From Gammaproteobacteria bacterium (lineage in GTDB: Bacteria > Pseudomonadota > Gammaproteobacteria > JACKNK01), in assembly GCA_049604855.1 (NCBI GenBank), contig JBMYTY010000001.1:1-26243 (forward strand): a stretch of 26,243 bases of DNA, given 5' to 3'. A program made the position numbers and the translations under genes. Below, piece by piece: positions 1-9,121 of this stretch. The notes beneath the pieces are model-generated. The model did not search any database, was not told where the DNA came from, and worked only from the letters and a program-made list of their open reading frames with translations. Position 1 is the first letter of the stretch. Each line of letters starts with the position of its first letter.

Positions 1-165
1 AACCGACCATCCCAGGGTGTCGAGATGGAAAGCCCAGAAACCCATCTCTTTTGCTTCCTGGGCATTGTGCGCCAGGGACCAACCATGCTCCGGATGGTTT
101 CCGAAGGTGAGGTTGGTCAGATGGTGTTTGATGTACTCAGAAGAGGTCAGCGTTTCGCTTGCCAT
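1..165 (-). CDS. atpB: F0F1 ATP synthase subunit a, N-terminal 55 aa (runs off window edge)
   Basis: Not in the ORF track. Manual translation from ATG at 165 gives [55 protein letters not shown], with the typical AtpB motifs YIxHHLxNL and GFWxFHLDT. It lies directly after atpI. Confidence 0.95.
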   Translation of the reverse strand, partial: MASETLTSSEYIKHHLTNLTFGNHPEHGWSLAHNAQEAKEMGFWAFHLDTLGWSV

Positions 166-177
166 GGTTCTGTTCGC

Positions 178-561
178 TTAGCTTGTCGGTCTGCCCAGGA
201 CCACCGCGAACTGCGTCAGTCCCAAACCGAAAATCATGGGCGCTGGGTGCAGGCCCAAGACCTGTATTCCCGTTAGCATGCCCAGCAGCACCACTATCAG
301 GCGCTGCATGAATCCGCTCATCAGGACGGCCATTCCCGCCCTGGGCTTTCCCCGCAGTGATTCGAGGACGGCGTCTCCAGCCCTGTTAACTGATCGTGCG
401 AGCAGTTGGCCGTTGATGATCGCGAGCGCCGCTCCGAAGAGTGTCGCCTTCGCGTAGGCCGCATTGAACAAGACCCATGCTCCGAACGCCAGCAACAATG
501 CCATGCCTAGCTGGGTCGCGAGCAATCGTCGCATAAGCTCGTTCTCTTTTCGCAGTTGCAC
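178..561 (-). CDS. atpI: ATP synthase protein I (UncI), about 4 TM helices
   Basis: 127-aa hydrophobic protein between parB and atpB, the canonical position. GTG start; exact start uncertain. Confidence 0.85.
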   Translation of the reverse strand: MQLRKENELMRRLLATQLGMALLLAFGAWVLFNAAYAKATLFGAALAIINGQLLARSVNRAGDAVLESLRGKPRAGMAVLMSGFMQRLIVVLLGMLTGIQVLGLHPAPMIFGLGLTQFAVVLGRPTS

Positions 562-623
562 ACAGCGACCGGAATCACCGTGGATCGTCTATCCCAAAAG
601 GGCTAGGTCAACTGGGGCGGCGC

Positions 624-653
624 AGTATACGGGTTGGCTTTTGCGAGGGTCAA
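624..653 (-). promoter_or_regulatory. Sigma70-type promoter of the atp operon
   Basis: Minus strand: TTGACC (653-648), 18 bp, TATACT (629-624), then GC-rich GCGCCGCC. About 60 bp upstream of atpI. Confidence 0.65.
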
Positions 654-744
654 TGAAGGAGGCGATATATTAGTAAATCAGCCAATAATGCATTGTGCGG
701 CGCAGCGAATTTCTCGCCCACCCCGGCTCACCTGAAGCTCGTAA

Positions 745-1626
745 CTACCTGATCTTTCCGATAATTCCATCAAGCTCCTCGAGGGAGTTGTATTGGATGA
801 CCAGACGCCCTTTTCCCTTACCGCCATCCTTGATCTCTGTCTTCGCACCCAGGATCTCGGACAGCTCCTGCTGAAGACGTCGGACATCGGGGTCAAGCTT
901 CGTGGCCGCGGGCTTGCCCACATCTCCTTGTAAAAGGCGACGAACGAGGCGCTCGGTATCGCGCACGTTCATACCGGCGCCCACGACCTGGCGCGCCGCC
1001 GCGGGCTGCTGTTCGGCGGGAAGACCCAGCAATGCGCGGGCGTGACCCATCTCGATGTTTCGGTTTTCCAGTTCCGCCTTCACGCTTTCGTGGAGATCAA
1101 GCAGGCGCAGCAGATTGCTCACCGCCGCACGCGAGCGCCCCACGGCATCGGCTGTCTCTTGATGAGTCAGTTCAAACTCATCGATAAGTCGATTCAATGC
1201 GAGCGCTTCTTCCAGAGGGTTCAGGTCCTCTCGCTGGATGTTTTCGATCAGGGCCATGGCCATGACGGCCTGATCGGGGACGTCACGGATCACTGCCGGG
1301 ATGGTGTGCAGACCGGCCATCTGGCTGGCGCGCCAGCGACGCTCTCCCGCGATGATCTCGAATTCCTCGCCGTTGGGCCTTACGACGATGGGCTGCACCA
1401 CGCCCTGGGCGCGTATGGATGCCGCCAGCTCTTCCAGGGCTTCTTCGCGCATACCGGTCCGCGGTTGGTAGCGACCGCGCCGGATCTTATCGACGGGCAG
1501 GTCCCTGAGTGTCTCGCTGACCGGCACGGTTTCATCGGCGGAATCGGCTGCACTCGTGGCGCTGGGCTGGGCCGCGCCAAGCAGGGCATCCAGTCCGCGC
1601 CCAAGGCGGGGGCGTTTGGTAGGCAT
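745..1626 (-). CDS. parB: Chromosome partitioning CTPase ParB/Spo0J
   Basis: N-terminal LGRGLDALL ParA-stimulating peptide, QPR, QPIVVR, IIAGERRWRA (GERRxRA box), ALIENIQREDLNPLEEA, HTH. Confidence 0.98.
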   Translation of the reverse strand: MPTKRPRLGRGLDALLGAAQPSATSAADSADETVPVSETLRDLPVDKIRRGRYQPRTGMREEALEELAASIRAQGVVQPIVVRPNGEEFEIIAGERRWRASQMAGLHTIPAVIRDVPDQAVMAMALIENIQREDLNPLEEALALNRLIDEFELTHQETADAVGRSRAAVSNLLRLLDLHESVKAELENRNIEMGHARALLGLPAEQQPAAARQVVGAGMNVRDTERLVRRLLQGDVGKPAATKLDPDVRRLQQELSEILGAKTEIKDGGKGKGRLVIQYNSLEELDGIIGKIR

Positions 1627-1679
1627 GAATATCAGACGGTGAAAACGGTGTGGCGGAGGCGGCTGCCCCCGGGAAGAGA

Positions 1680-2456
1680 TCAGGCGGCGCTGCGGTGTTC
1701 CCTGCGCATGATTTCGTCGGCAAGACCCTGATAGGCGACGGAGCCTCTTGAGCCACGGTCATAGTGCATCACCGGAACGCCATGGCTGGGTGCCTCGGCG
1801 AGGCGGACGTTGCGCGGCACGACGGTGCGGAAGACCTTGTCGCCGAAATGCAGCACCAACTGGGCGGAGACCTCGTTCGCGAGGTTGTTTCTCGGATCGA
1901 ACATGGTCCGCAGGAGGCCGGCGACCTTGAGCCTCGGGTTTACCGAATCCGCGATCTGGCGAATGGTGCTCATCAGTGCCGAAAGCCCCTCCAGGGCGTA
2001 ATACTCGCACTGCACCGGAACAACGACGCCATCGGCGGCGACCAGGGCGTTCACGGTGAGCATGTTCAGTGAGGGCGGGCAATCAATGAGGACGAAGTCG
2101 TACTCATCGGCATGGGGTGCCAGGACTTCCGCCAGTCGGCGCTCACGTCCCTGGGTCTCCATGAGTGTGACCTCGGCGGCTGTCAGGTCAGAGTTGGCGG
2201 GTAGCAGATCAAACCCCGACTGCTCGGATCGAACGCGAGCCTCCTCGACCGTCGCCTCTCCGAGCAGCACGTCACAGGTACTCAGAGCGAGGTCGTGTTT
2301 ATCGACCCCACTGCCCATGGTGGCGTTCCCCTGGGGGTCCATGTCCACCAACAGCACACGACGCTTTTCCGCGGCCAGTGCGGCGGCAACGTTGACGCAG
2401 GTGGTGGTCTTGCCCACGCCACCTTTCTGATTGGCGACGGCTAACACAGTGGTCAT
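1680..2456 (-). CDS. parA: Chromosome partitioning ATPase ParA/Soj (258 aa)
   Basis: ANQKGGVGKTTT deviant Walker A, DMDPQGNAT, IDCPPSL, PRNVRLAEAPSHG. Start trimmed to ATG 2456 (AGGA 7 nt upstream); the longer track ORF overlaps rsmG. Confidence 0.97.
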   Translation of the reverse strand: MTTVLAVANQKGGVGKTTTCVNVAAALAAEKRRVLLVDMDPQGNATMGSGVDKHDLALSTCDVLLGEATVEEARVRSEQSGFDLLPANSDLTAAEVTLMETQGRERRLAEVLAPHADEYDFVLIDCPPSLNMLTVNALVAADGVVVPVQCEYYALEGLSALMSTIRQIADSVNPRLKVAGLLRTMFDPRNNLANEVSAQLVLHFGDKVFRTVVPRNVRLAEAPSHGVPVMHYDRGSRGSVAYQGLADEIMRREHRSAA

Positions 2457-2575
2457 TGGGGAATCCTGGTGAGAGGGGGACATGAGGCGCCCGGACCGGC
2501 CGGAGAGTCGGCATTCTATACCCAAGGCCCGCGAGTTTGAGCGCGGGTTAAACCCCGCTCCGAATCCAAAGCTGA

Positions 2576-3208
2576 CTACGCCTGGATCAGAAAGGCCGTA
2601 CGGGCCCGCTCGCCCAGAGTCAGGCTCAGGCGGGTCCATCGCGCCCCGGTGCGGCCCAGGGCATCGGTTTCCCGCTCGTCCGGCTCGGCCTTCATGGCCA
2701 GCGCCACACCGTCGGCCTTGAGCAGTGGGCGGGCCAAGGACCAGAACAGGGCGAGTTCGGAGAAGGCCCGTGAGCAGACCGTATCGAAGGGGTCGGACTG
2801 AAAGGACTCGGCCCGCTGCTGCCGCACTTCCACGTTGTCGAGCCCGAGTTCGTGCACCGCCTGGGTGCAGAAACGGGTTTTCTTGCCATTGGCATCCAGC
2901 AGGGTGAATTGCCGTTCGGGCGCCACGATCGCGAACGGGATTCCCGGCAGGCCGGCCCCCGTTCCCATATCCAGTATCCGACGGCCCTGAACGTGGGGCA
3001 GCGCGATCAGACTGTCGACCAGATGCCGGTGGATCATCTCCCGGGGATCGCGGACCGCCGTCAGGTTGTAGGCCCGATTCCATTTCGCCAACAGATCGCG
3101 ATACGCCAACAAGCGATCGACCACATCGGGGCTCAGGGACAGATCCAGGCCGCGTAAGCCCTGGACAAGGACCTCCCGCTCACTGTCGCTACCGCTCGCT
3201 GAACTCAC
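2576..3208 (-). CDS. rsmG: 16S rRNA m7G527 methyltransferase RsmG (GidB)
   Basis: KWNRAYNLTAVR, HLVDS, DMGTGAGLPGIP, LDANGKKTRF, SRAFS; lies between mnmG and parA. Confidence 0.96.
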   Translation of the reverse strand: MSSASGSDSEREVLVQGLRGLDLSLSPDVVDRLLAYRDLLAKWNRAYNLTAVRDPREMIHRHLVDSLIALPHVQGRRILDMGTGAGLPGIPFAIVAPERQFTLLDANGKKTRFCTQAVHELGLDNVEVRQQRAESFQSDPFDTVCSRAFSELALFWSLARPLLKADGVALAMKAEPDERETDALGRTGARWTRLSLTLGERARTAFLIQA

Positions 3209-3242
3209 TTGTCCCAGTCCGTTCGTGGCTGGTCAGACGGCC

Positions 3243-5132
3243 TCAGGCCGCCCGACCCTCGCGCTTCTTCAGATGAACCAGCAACAAGGAGATCGCCGCC
3301 GGTGTCACCCCGGGCACCCGTGCGGCCTGGCCAATGGTGGCGGGGCGTGCGCGTTCGAGCTTTTCGCGGACTTCACTGGAAAGGGCCGTGATGTCGCTGT
3401 AATCGAAGTCCTCGGGTACCGCCTTGTCGGCATGGCGGCGTTGTCGCTCGATCTCGGCCTGTTGGCGCTCCACGTAACCGGCATACTTGATCTGCGTTTC
3501 AACCTGATCGGCAACGGAAGCGTCGGCCGCTCCCGGGCCCAGACCTTCCAACTCCATCAGGGCCGAATAGTTGAGCTGGGGACGCCGGATCAACTCCTCG
3601 AGGTTGTACTCACGTTTGAGTGGCAGATCCCATTGTTGCTCCAGGGTCCGCGCCGCACGGTCTCCGGGTTTCACCCAGGTTTCGCGCAAGCGCTGACGCT
3701 CGCGCTCGATGGCCTCGCGTTTGATCTCGAACGCCTGCCACTGTTCATCGCCGACCAGGCCGAGCCCACGCCCGATCTCCGTGAGCCGCAGGTCGGCATT
3801 GTCCTCGCGCAGGATGAGCCGGTGCTCAGCGCGGGAGGTGAACATGCGGTATGGCTCCTGCGTGCCCAGCGTGATCAGGTCATCGACGAGCACGCCCAGA
3901 TAGGCCTGGTCACGACCGGGATGCCAGGGATCGCGTTCGAGTACGCGCAACGCGGCGTTGACCCCGCTCAGCAGACCCTGGGCGGCAGCCTCTTCATAAC
4001 CCGTTGTTCCGTTGATCTGACCGGCGAAGAACAGACCTTGGAGGTGACGGGTTTCCAGGCTGTGCCGTAGCTCCCGTGGGTCGAAGAAGTCGTACTCGAT
4101 GGCGTAGCCCGGGCGGGTGATATGGGCGTTCTCGAAACCTCGTATGGAGCGCACGACCTGGTACTGCACATCGAAAGGCAGCGAGGTCGAAATTCCGTTG
4201 GGATAGATCTCGTGGGTACTCAGGCCCTCGGGTTCGACGAAGATCCGGTGGCTGTCCTTATCGGAGAAGCGCATCACCTTGTCTTCTATCGAGGGACAGT
4301 AACGGGGCCCCACGCCCTCGATGACACCCGTGTACATGGGCGAACGATCCAGGCCCTCGCGAATGTGATCATGGGTCCTGGAGTTGGTCTGGGTCTGCCA
4401 GCAGGAGATCTGCCGGGGATGGTCCTCGCGTCGGCCGGTGAAGGAAAACACCGGTGCCGGATCGTCTCCGGGTTGCTCGACCATGACGGAAGTATCGATG
4501 CTGCGTCCGTCAATGCGCGGCGGGGTACCGGTCTTCAGCCGATCGACCCGAAATGGCAGCTCGCGCAAACGCCGGGAAAGGCCATTGGATGGCGGGTCAC
4601 CCGCCCGACCTCCCTGGTAATTCTCCAGCCCGATATGAATACGCCCGCCGAGAAAGGTCCCCACGGTCAGCACAACGGCGGGCGCGAACAGATCAAGCCC
4701 CATGGCCGTGCGCACCCCCCTCACCCGGTCGCCTTCTACGATCAGGTCCTCCGCCATTTGTTGGAAGAGGTCCAGATTGGGCTGATTCTCCAGGGCGGAT
4801 CGGACCGCGGATTTGTAAAGGGCGCGATCGGCCTGGGCGCGAGTGGCCCGTACGGCGGGTCCCTTGGACGCATTGAGAGTGCGGAACTGGATCCCTCCAA
4901 GATCGGTAGCCCTGGCCATCAGCCCACCAAGGGCGTCGACTTCCTTGACGAGGTGACCCTTTCCGATACCACCGATCGCAGGGTTGCAGGACATCTGGCC
5001 CAGCGTCTCGATATTCTGGGTGAGCAACAGGGTCCGCACACCCATACGGGCCGCTGCCATGGCGGCCTCGGTGCCGGCATGGCCGCCACCGATGACGATG
5101 ACGTCATATTGGGTGTTCGATAGGGAACTCAT
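3243..5132 (-). CDS. mnmG: tRNA U34 carboxymethylaminomethyl modification enzyme MnmG (GidA)
   Basis: [73 protein letters not shown]; 629 aa. Confidence 0.99.
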   Translation of the reverse strand: MSSLSNTQYDVIVIGGGHAGTEAAMAAARMGVRTLLLTQNIETLGQMSCNPAIGGIGKGHLVKEVDALGGLMARATDLGGIQFRTLNASKGPAVRATRAQADRALYKSAVRSALENQPNLDLFQQMAEDLIVEGDRVRGVRTAMGLDLFAPAVVLTVGTFLGGRIHIGLENYQGGRAGDPPSNGLSRRLRELPFRVDRLKTGTPPRIDGRSIDTSVMVEQPGDDPAPVFSFTGRREDHPRQISCWQTQTNSRTHDHIREGLDRSPMYTGVIEGVGPRYCPSIEDKVMRFSDKDSHRIFVEPEGLSTHEIYPNGISTSLPFDVQYQVVRSIRGFENAHITRPGYAIEYDFFDPRELRHSLETRHLQGLFFAGQINGTTGYEEAAAQGLLSGVNAALRVLERDPWHPGRDQAYLGVLVDDLITLGTQEPYRMFTSRAEHRLILREDNADLRLTEIGRGLGLVGDEQWQAFEIKREAIERERQRLRETWVKPGDRAARTLEQQWDLPLKREYNLEELIRRPQLNYSALMELEGLGPGAADASVADQVETQIKYAGYVERQQAEIERQRRHADKAVPEDFDYSDITALSSEVREKLERARPATIGQAARVPGVTPAAISLLLVHLKKREGRAA

Positions 5133-5200
5133 AGCGCGATTATGGGGTTTCGAGCGAGCGGCGAAGTATAGGAAGCCACCGGGGTATTTCCACGGGCTGT

Positions 5201-5222
5201 CTGGATGCTGGCAGGCATCCAG
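5201..5222 (-). other. Stem-loop just downstream of the mnmE stop, with no U-tract
   Basis: CTGGATGC (5201-5208), 6-nt loop, GCATCCAG (5215-5222): a perfect 8-bp inverted repeat 12 nt after the mnmE stop. Function not assignable. Confidence 0.45.
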
Positions 5223-5234
5223 CCCACACCATCT

Positions 5235-6581
5235 TCATTTGCCGATGCAGAAGCTGCCGAAAATCTCGCCCAGCAAATCGTCGCTGCTCATCTGGCCGGT
5301 AATCTCGCCTAATGCATCATGGGCGCGACGAAGCTCCTCGGCGACCAACTCACCCGCCGCATAGGTATCCAACTGCTCGCGGGCGTCGCGCACATGAGCC
5401 TCCGCTCGGCCAATGGCATTCAGGTGCCGCCGCCGGGCCAGGAAAAGTCCCTCTCCGTGATCATCCAGACCCGCCAACTTTTCCACGTGGCCGGTCAGGT
5501 CCGTCAGGCCCGCTCCACTGCGCGCGCACAGGGCAAATGTTGGAAAAGCCTGGTCCGTTACGGGTCCAACAGGTCTGCCAGATAGGTCCACCTTGTTGAA
5601 CAGCAGTGTGACCGGGGTCCGAGCAGGCAGCCGCCCGAGGATGGAACGGTCTTCCGCGGTGAGGCCCTCGCGGTCATCGATCACCACGAACACGTGATCG
5701 GCCTGTTCGACCTCCGACCAAGCCCTGCGGATGCCTTCCCGCTCCACCGGATCATCACTTTCGCGTAGGCCGGCCGTGTCCACGACGTGCAGGGGTATGG
5801 GCCCGAGATGGACGAACTCGCGCAGCACATCCCGGGTCGTTCCGGGAATCTCCGTGACAATGGCGGTCTCGCGTCCGGATAAGGCATTCAAAAGGCTGGA
5901 TTTGCCTGCGTTGGGTTGTCCCAGGATGACCACGCTCAAACCGTCACGAAGTACACGCCCCTGGGTCGCCGTCGCTTGAACGTCGGTGATTCGTCGGGAA
6001 ATATCCGCCAATTGTTTCGATATGACGCCATCGGAGAGAAAATCGACCTCTTCGTCGGGGAAATCGATGGCGGCCTCCACGTAGACCCTAAGTTCAACCA
6101 ATGAGCGTTCCAGCGCGTGAACCAGTTCGGAGAACTGGCCGTCAAGGCTCCGAACCGCCGCTTTCGCCGCCGCCCGCGAACCGGCATCGATCAGATCAGC
6201 GACGGCTTCCGCCTGGGCGAGATCCATTCGACCATTGAGAAAGGCGCGTTCGGAAAACTCCCCGGGGCGCGCGGCGCGTGCCCCCGCCATGAGGACGGCC
6301 TCCATCAGAAGGTCGAGCACCACGGGGCCACCGTGACCCTGGAACTCAACAACATCCTCGCCGGTAAATGAGGCGGGGCCTGGGAAATGGAGTAGCAGGC
6401 CCTCATCGATGACATCACCCGCGGCATCGCGGAAGGAGCGATAGGCGGCACGACGGGGTTCGGGTAGGGAACCGCACAGATCCCGTGCGACATTTCCAGC
6501 AGCCGGTCCGGATACCCGGACGACACCGATGCCCGCCCGGCCCGCCGCCGTGGCCACGGCGGCGATGGTATCGCCGGTCAT
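5235..6581 (-). CDS. mnmE: tRNA modification GTPase MnmE (TrmE)
   Basis: DTIAAVAT..GIGVVRVSG, SFTGEDVVEFQGHGG, GEFSERAF, GQPNAGKSSL, GTTRD, DTAGLR, NKVD, C-terminal FCIGK. Confidence 0.99.
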   Translation of the reverse strand: MTGDTIAAVATAAGRAGIGVVRVSGPAAGNVARDLCGSLPEPRRAAYRSFRDAAGDVIDEGLLLHFPGPASFTGEDVVEFQGHGGPVVLDLLMEAVLMAGARAARPGEFSERAFLNGRMDLAQAEAVADLIDAGSRAAAKAAVRSLDGQFSELVHALERSLVELRVYVEAAIDFPDEEVDFLSDGVISKQLADISRRITDVQATATQGRVLRDGLSVVILGQPNAGKSSLLNALSGRETAIVTEIPGTTRDVLREFVHLGPIPLHVVDTAGLRESDDPVEREGIRRAWSEVEQADHVFVVIDDREGLTAEDRSILGRLPARTPVTLLFNKVDLSGRPVGPVTDQAFPTFALCARSGAGLTDLTGHVEKLAGLDDHGEGLFLARRRHLNAIGRAEAHVRDAREQLDTYAAGELVAEELRRAHDALGEITGQMSSDDLLGEIFGSFCIGK

Positions 6582-6608
6582 GGTGAGATCAGGCGCGGAT
6601 CAAAGCGG

Positions 6609-8276
6609 TCACTTGTCCTGACCGGACTCGATCCGCTTGGTGATTACCCATTGCTGGGCAATGGACAGGACGTTGTTCGCCACCCAGTACAGGACCAGAC
6701 CCGCGGGGAAGAACAGGAAGAACACACCAAAGACCAAGGGCAGGGCCATCATGATCTTCGCCTGTACCGGATCCGGGGGCGGCGGATTGAGCTTCTGCTG
6801 GACGAACATGGACACCGCCATGATGACCGGCAACACGTAGTAGGGATCCTGCAAGGAAAGGTCATCGATCCACAGAATCCACGCCGCCTGACGCATCTCA
6901 ACCGATTCGAGCAACACGTAATAGAGCGCGATGAACACGGGGATCTGCACCAACATCGGCAGACATCCGCCCAGCGGGTTGATCTTTTCCTTCTTATACA
7001 GGTCCATCATGGCCTGATTGAGTTGCTGCTTATCGTCCGCGAAACGTTCCCGCAACGCCTGAATCCTGGGATTCATGGCGCGCATCCGCGCCATCGAACG
7101 ATACGCCTTGTCCGACAGGGGAAAGAACGCCAGCTTGATCAGCAAGGTGAGGACGATGATCGCCCAACCCCAGTTGCCCACGACAGCGTGGATCTTGTCG
7201 AGCACCCAGAAGAGCGGCTTTGAAATCACCCACAGGTATCCATAATCAACCGCCCGGTCGAGTTCGGCGGCGGCCGCTGCCATGCGATCCTGCTCTTTCG
7301 GGGCCAACATCAGGGTCGATTCAAAACTGCCCTGAGCACCCGGCGCCACGGTGGCGGGCGGAGTCGTGGCCCCAACGACGAAGCGCCCGTTCTTCAACTC
7401 ACGCGCATAGAAGAAGGCATCTTCACCACGCTTGGGTATCACCGCCGTTACGAAATAGTGCTGGATGAAAGCGATCCACCCGTCCTTCACCAAGCGATTG
7501 GCGAGCGGTGATTCCGCGATGTCATCCATGGTCATCTTCTCGTAGCCGTCCTCCTGGCTGAACATGGCGCCACCGGTGTACGTCGGCATCATCATGGATT
7601 GCTCATCACCGAGCAGTGCATTGCGCTGAAGCTGCACATACTGGCTTCCGGTCCAGGGCTGCTCACCGGTATTGCGGATCTCGTGCGTGACCTTGATCTG
7701 GTAGCTGTCCCGGCTGAAATGGAAGGTCTTTACCAAGACCAGACCGTCCGTCGCGTGGGTCAGGCGAACGGTGAGTCCATCCTGACCTTCGCCCAGCTCG
7801 TAACTCCGAGCTTGAGCGCTATACACCGCATTGTTGGTGACGCTGGCCCCGGTACTCGCGACGATCCCGGTCTGCGCGATCAGCAGGTGTGTTCCGTCAT
7901 GGTGGAGTAGATGGAACGGTTGGTCGGGTGTTTCCAGGGAAACGGGATAGGACAGAAGCTTGAGATCCGTAATCGCCGCGCCCCGGGGATCGATCGCGGC
8001 TTCGATCAAGTCGGTCTTGACGCGAATCAGCTCCAGGCTCGCCGGTTCGGTCGTTGCGTCAGCTCCATCCGCAACCGCCGCCACGTCCGCCTGTGGGGGC
8101 GTTTCAGCCCGCGGAATGGCCGGTGTATCGACCTGCTCCGCCTGCGAACCCGGCATCGTGGCGACCGTCGGCTCCGTGCTTGGTTGAGGTGTGTTGTAGT
8201 CCTTCTGCCACTCCATCCATAACAACATCCCGAGAAACCCGAGAATGGCCAGAAGCATGAGGCGCTGATTATCCAT
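6609..8276 (-). CDS. yidC: Membrane protein insertase YidC (555 aa)
   Basis: MDNQRLMLLAIL start at ATG 8276, periplasmic domain, VDYG, GNWGWAIIVLT, KINPLGGCLPMLVQIPVF, PAGLVLYW. Confidence 0.97.
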   Translation of the reverse strand: MDNQRLMLLAILGFLGMLLWMEWQKDYNTPQPSTEPTVATMPGSQAEQVDTPAIPRAETPPQADVAAVADGADATTEPASLELIRVKTDLIEAAIDPRGAAITDLKLLSYPVSLETPDQPFHLLHHDGTHLLIAQTGIVASTGASVTNNAVYSAQARSYELGEGQDGLTVRLTHATDGLVLVKTFHFSRDSYQIKVTHEIRNTGEQPWTGSQYVQLQRNALLGDEQSMMMPTYTGGAMFSQEDGYEKMTMDDIAESPLANRLVKDGWIAFIQHYFVTAVIPKRGEDAFFYARELKNGRFVVGATTPPATVAPGAQGSFESTLMLAPKEQDRMAAAAAELDRAVDYGYLWVISKPLFWVLDKIHAVVGNWGWAIIVLTLLIKLAFFPLSDKAYRSMARMRAMNPRIQALRERFADDKQQLNQAMMDLYKKEKINPLGGCLPMLVQIPVFIALYYVLLESVEMRQAAWILWIDDLSLQDPYYVLPVIMAVSMFVQQKLNPPPPDPVQAKIMMALPLVFGVFFLFFPAGLVLYWVANNVLSIAQQWVITKRIESGQDK

Positions 8277-8682
8277 TGGGTGTCCGGTAACGTTCGGCGA
8301 GCTTTCGCCAGTGCTCACTCAATAAGGTGAATAGGGATGCGTTGCTGCGTTGATCCAGGCCACGTCTTGCCAGCAGGACGATATCGACACCGGGCAATGC
8401 GTCATGGTGATGTCGAAAGCTTTCGCGGGTTACGCGTTTGATGCGGTTTCTCGCGACGGCTCTGGGCACGGCTTTGCGGCCTACCGCGAATCCCAGGCGT
8501 GCAAACGCGAGACCATTGGGTCTCGCGATTACGATCAGGTCGGCGTTGGGAAAGCGTTTGCCGGATCGAAAAGCGGCTTGGAAACTTTCCGCATCAAGCA
8601 ATCGGACGGCGCGTGGGAAATCGAAATCCGTTGGCCGCCTTGTCGAGGAAACAGCAGACCCGGGCCGGGCTGAGCGGGTCAA
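8269..8682 (-). CDS. rnpA: Ribonuclease P protein component
   Basis: FPRAVRL, RLGFAVGRK, AVARNRIKRVTRESFR (RNR motif), DIVLLAR. TTG start is uncertain; the stop overlaps the yidC start by 8 nt. Confidence 0.93.
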   Translation of the reverse strand: MTRSARPGSAVSSTRRPTDFDFPRAVRLLDAESFQAAFRSGKRFPNADLIVIARPNGLAFARLGFAVGRKAVPRAVARNRIKRVTRESFRHHHDALPGVDIVLLARRGLDQRSNASLFTLLSEHWRKLAERYRTPNG

Positions 8683-8705
8683 GTCCTCGTCAATCCCGTG
8701 TTGGG

Positions 8706-8840
8706 TCAGGGGCAGAGGCGGGCGCGGCCTTTGCCACGACGGGCATTGATGACGCGGCGGCCGTTCTTGGTACGCATGCGCGAACGGAAGCCGTGGGTGC
8801 GTGCGCGACGGAGGTTGCTGGGCTGGAAGGTGCGCTTCAT
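8706..8840 (-). CDS. rpmH: 50S ribosomal protein L34 (44 aa)
   Basis: Not in the ORF track. Manual translation: [51 protein letters not shown] upstream. Confidence 0.98.
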   Translation of the reverse strand: MKRTFQPSNLRRARTHGFRSRMRTKNGRRVINARRGKGRARLCP

Positions 8841-8905
8841 GGCGGGCCTCGGAAATTCTCTTGAAAAGCGATCAGCGGAACGGGGCGGATCGAAAAAGGG
8901 CGGGA

Positions 8906-8934
8906 ATTCTAGGGCCGGTGCCCGTGGCTGTCAA
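8906..8934 (-). promoter_or_regulatory. Strong sigma70 promoter of the rpmH operon with GC-rich discriminator
   Basis: Minus strand: TTGACA (8934-8929), 17 bp, TAGAAT (8911-8906), then TCCCGCCC. Confidence 0.85.
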
Positions 8935-8999
8935 AGAGTGGCCGATTACAGCCCGCTACGAGCGGTCGCTCATGGTGGATCAGCTTGGGCGGATCAGCC

Positions 9000-9008
9000 T
9001 GTGGATAA
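9000..9008 (-). promoter_or_regulatory. Perfect DnaA box (TTATCCACA) upstream of dnaA
   Basis: TGTGGATAA at 9000-9008 is an exact reverse-complement match to the consensus. Confidence 0.9.
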
Positions 9009-9030
9009 CCAAGCATGCGCGGATTAGTAT
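9002..9030 (+). promoter_or_regulatory. Probable sigma70 promoter of dnaA
   Basis: TGGATA (9002-9007), 17 bp, TAGTAT (9025-9030). The -35 lies inside the DnaA box. Confidence 0.55.
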
Positions 9031-9121
9031 GGAGGGCTTGGCGCGAAGCGCCAGGCAACTTCACCCAGGACTCGCCTGTTCCAAGGGTGGCACACCTTCC
9101 AATCCGCGCGAGTCACCCGTT

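Noticed and set aside
3225-5123. Long plus-strand ORFs (281 and 333 aa) opposite mnmG, and similar antisense ORFs opposite parB, dnaA, dnaN, glyS, glyQ (18314-19231) and tsaD
   Set aside because: They are antisense shadows of conserved GC-rich genes, with no recognisable motifs.
5133-5234. mnmE-mnmG intergenic region as an E. coli/Pseudomonas-type origin near gidA
   Set aside because: Only 102 bp, with no DnaA boxes and no AT-rich unwinding element.
5479-5494. parS-like TTTTCCACGTGGCCGG in mnmE, and GCATCCACGTGGAAGG at 23650-23665
   Set aside because: Only 11/16 matches each; explicable by the coding sequence.
8801-9121. N-terminal extensions in the ORF track for dnaA (and likewise parA to 3083, gmhB to 16230, glyS to 18411, glyQ to 19402)
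   Set aside because: They overlap neighbouring genes or promoters and lack homology; better starts exist downstream.
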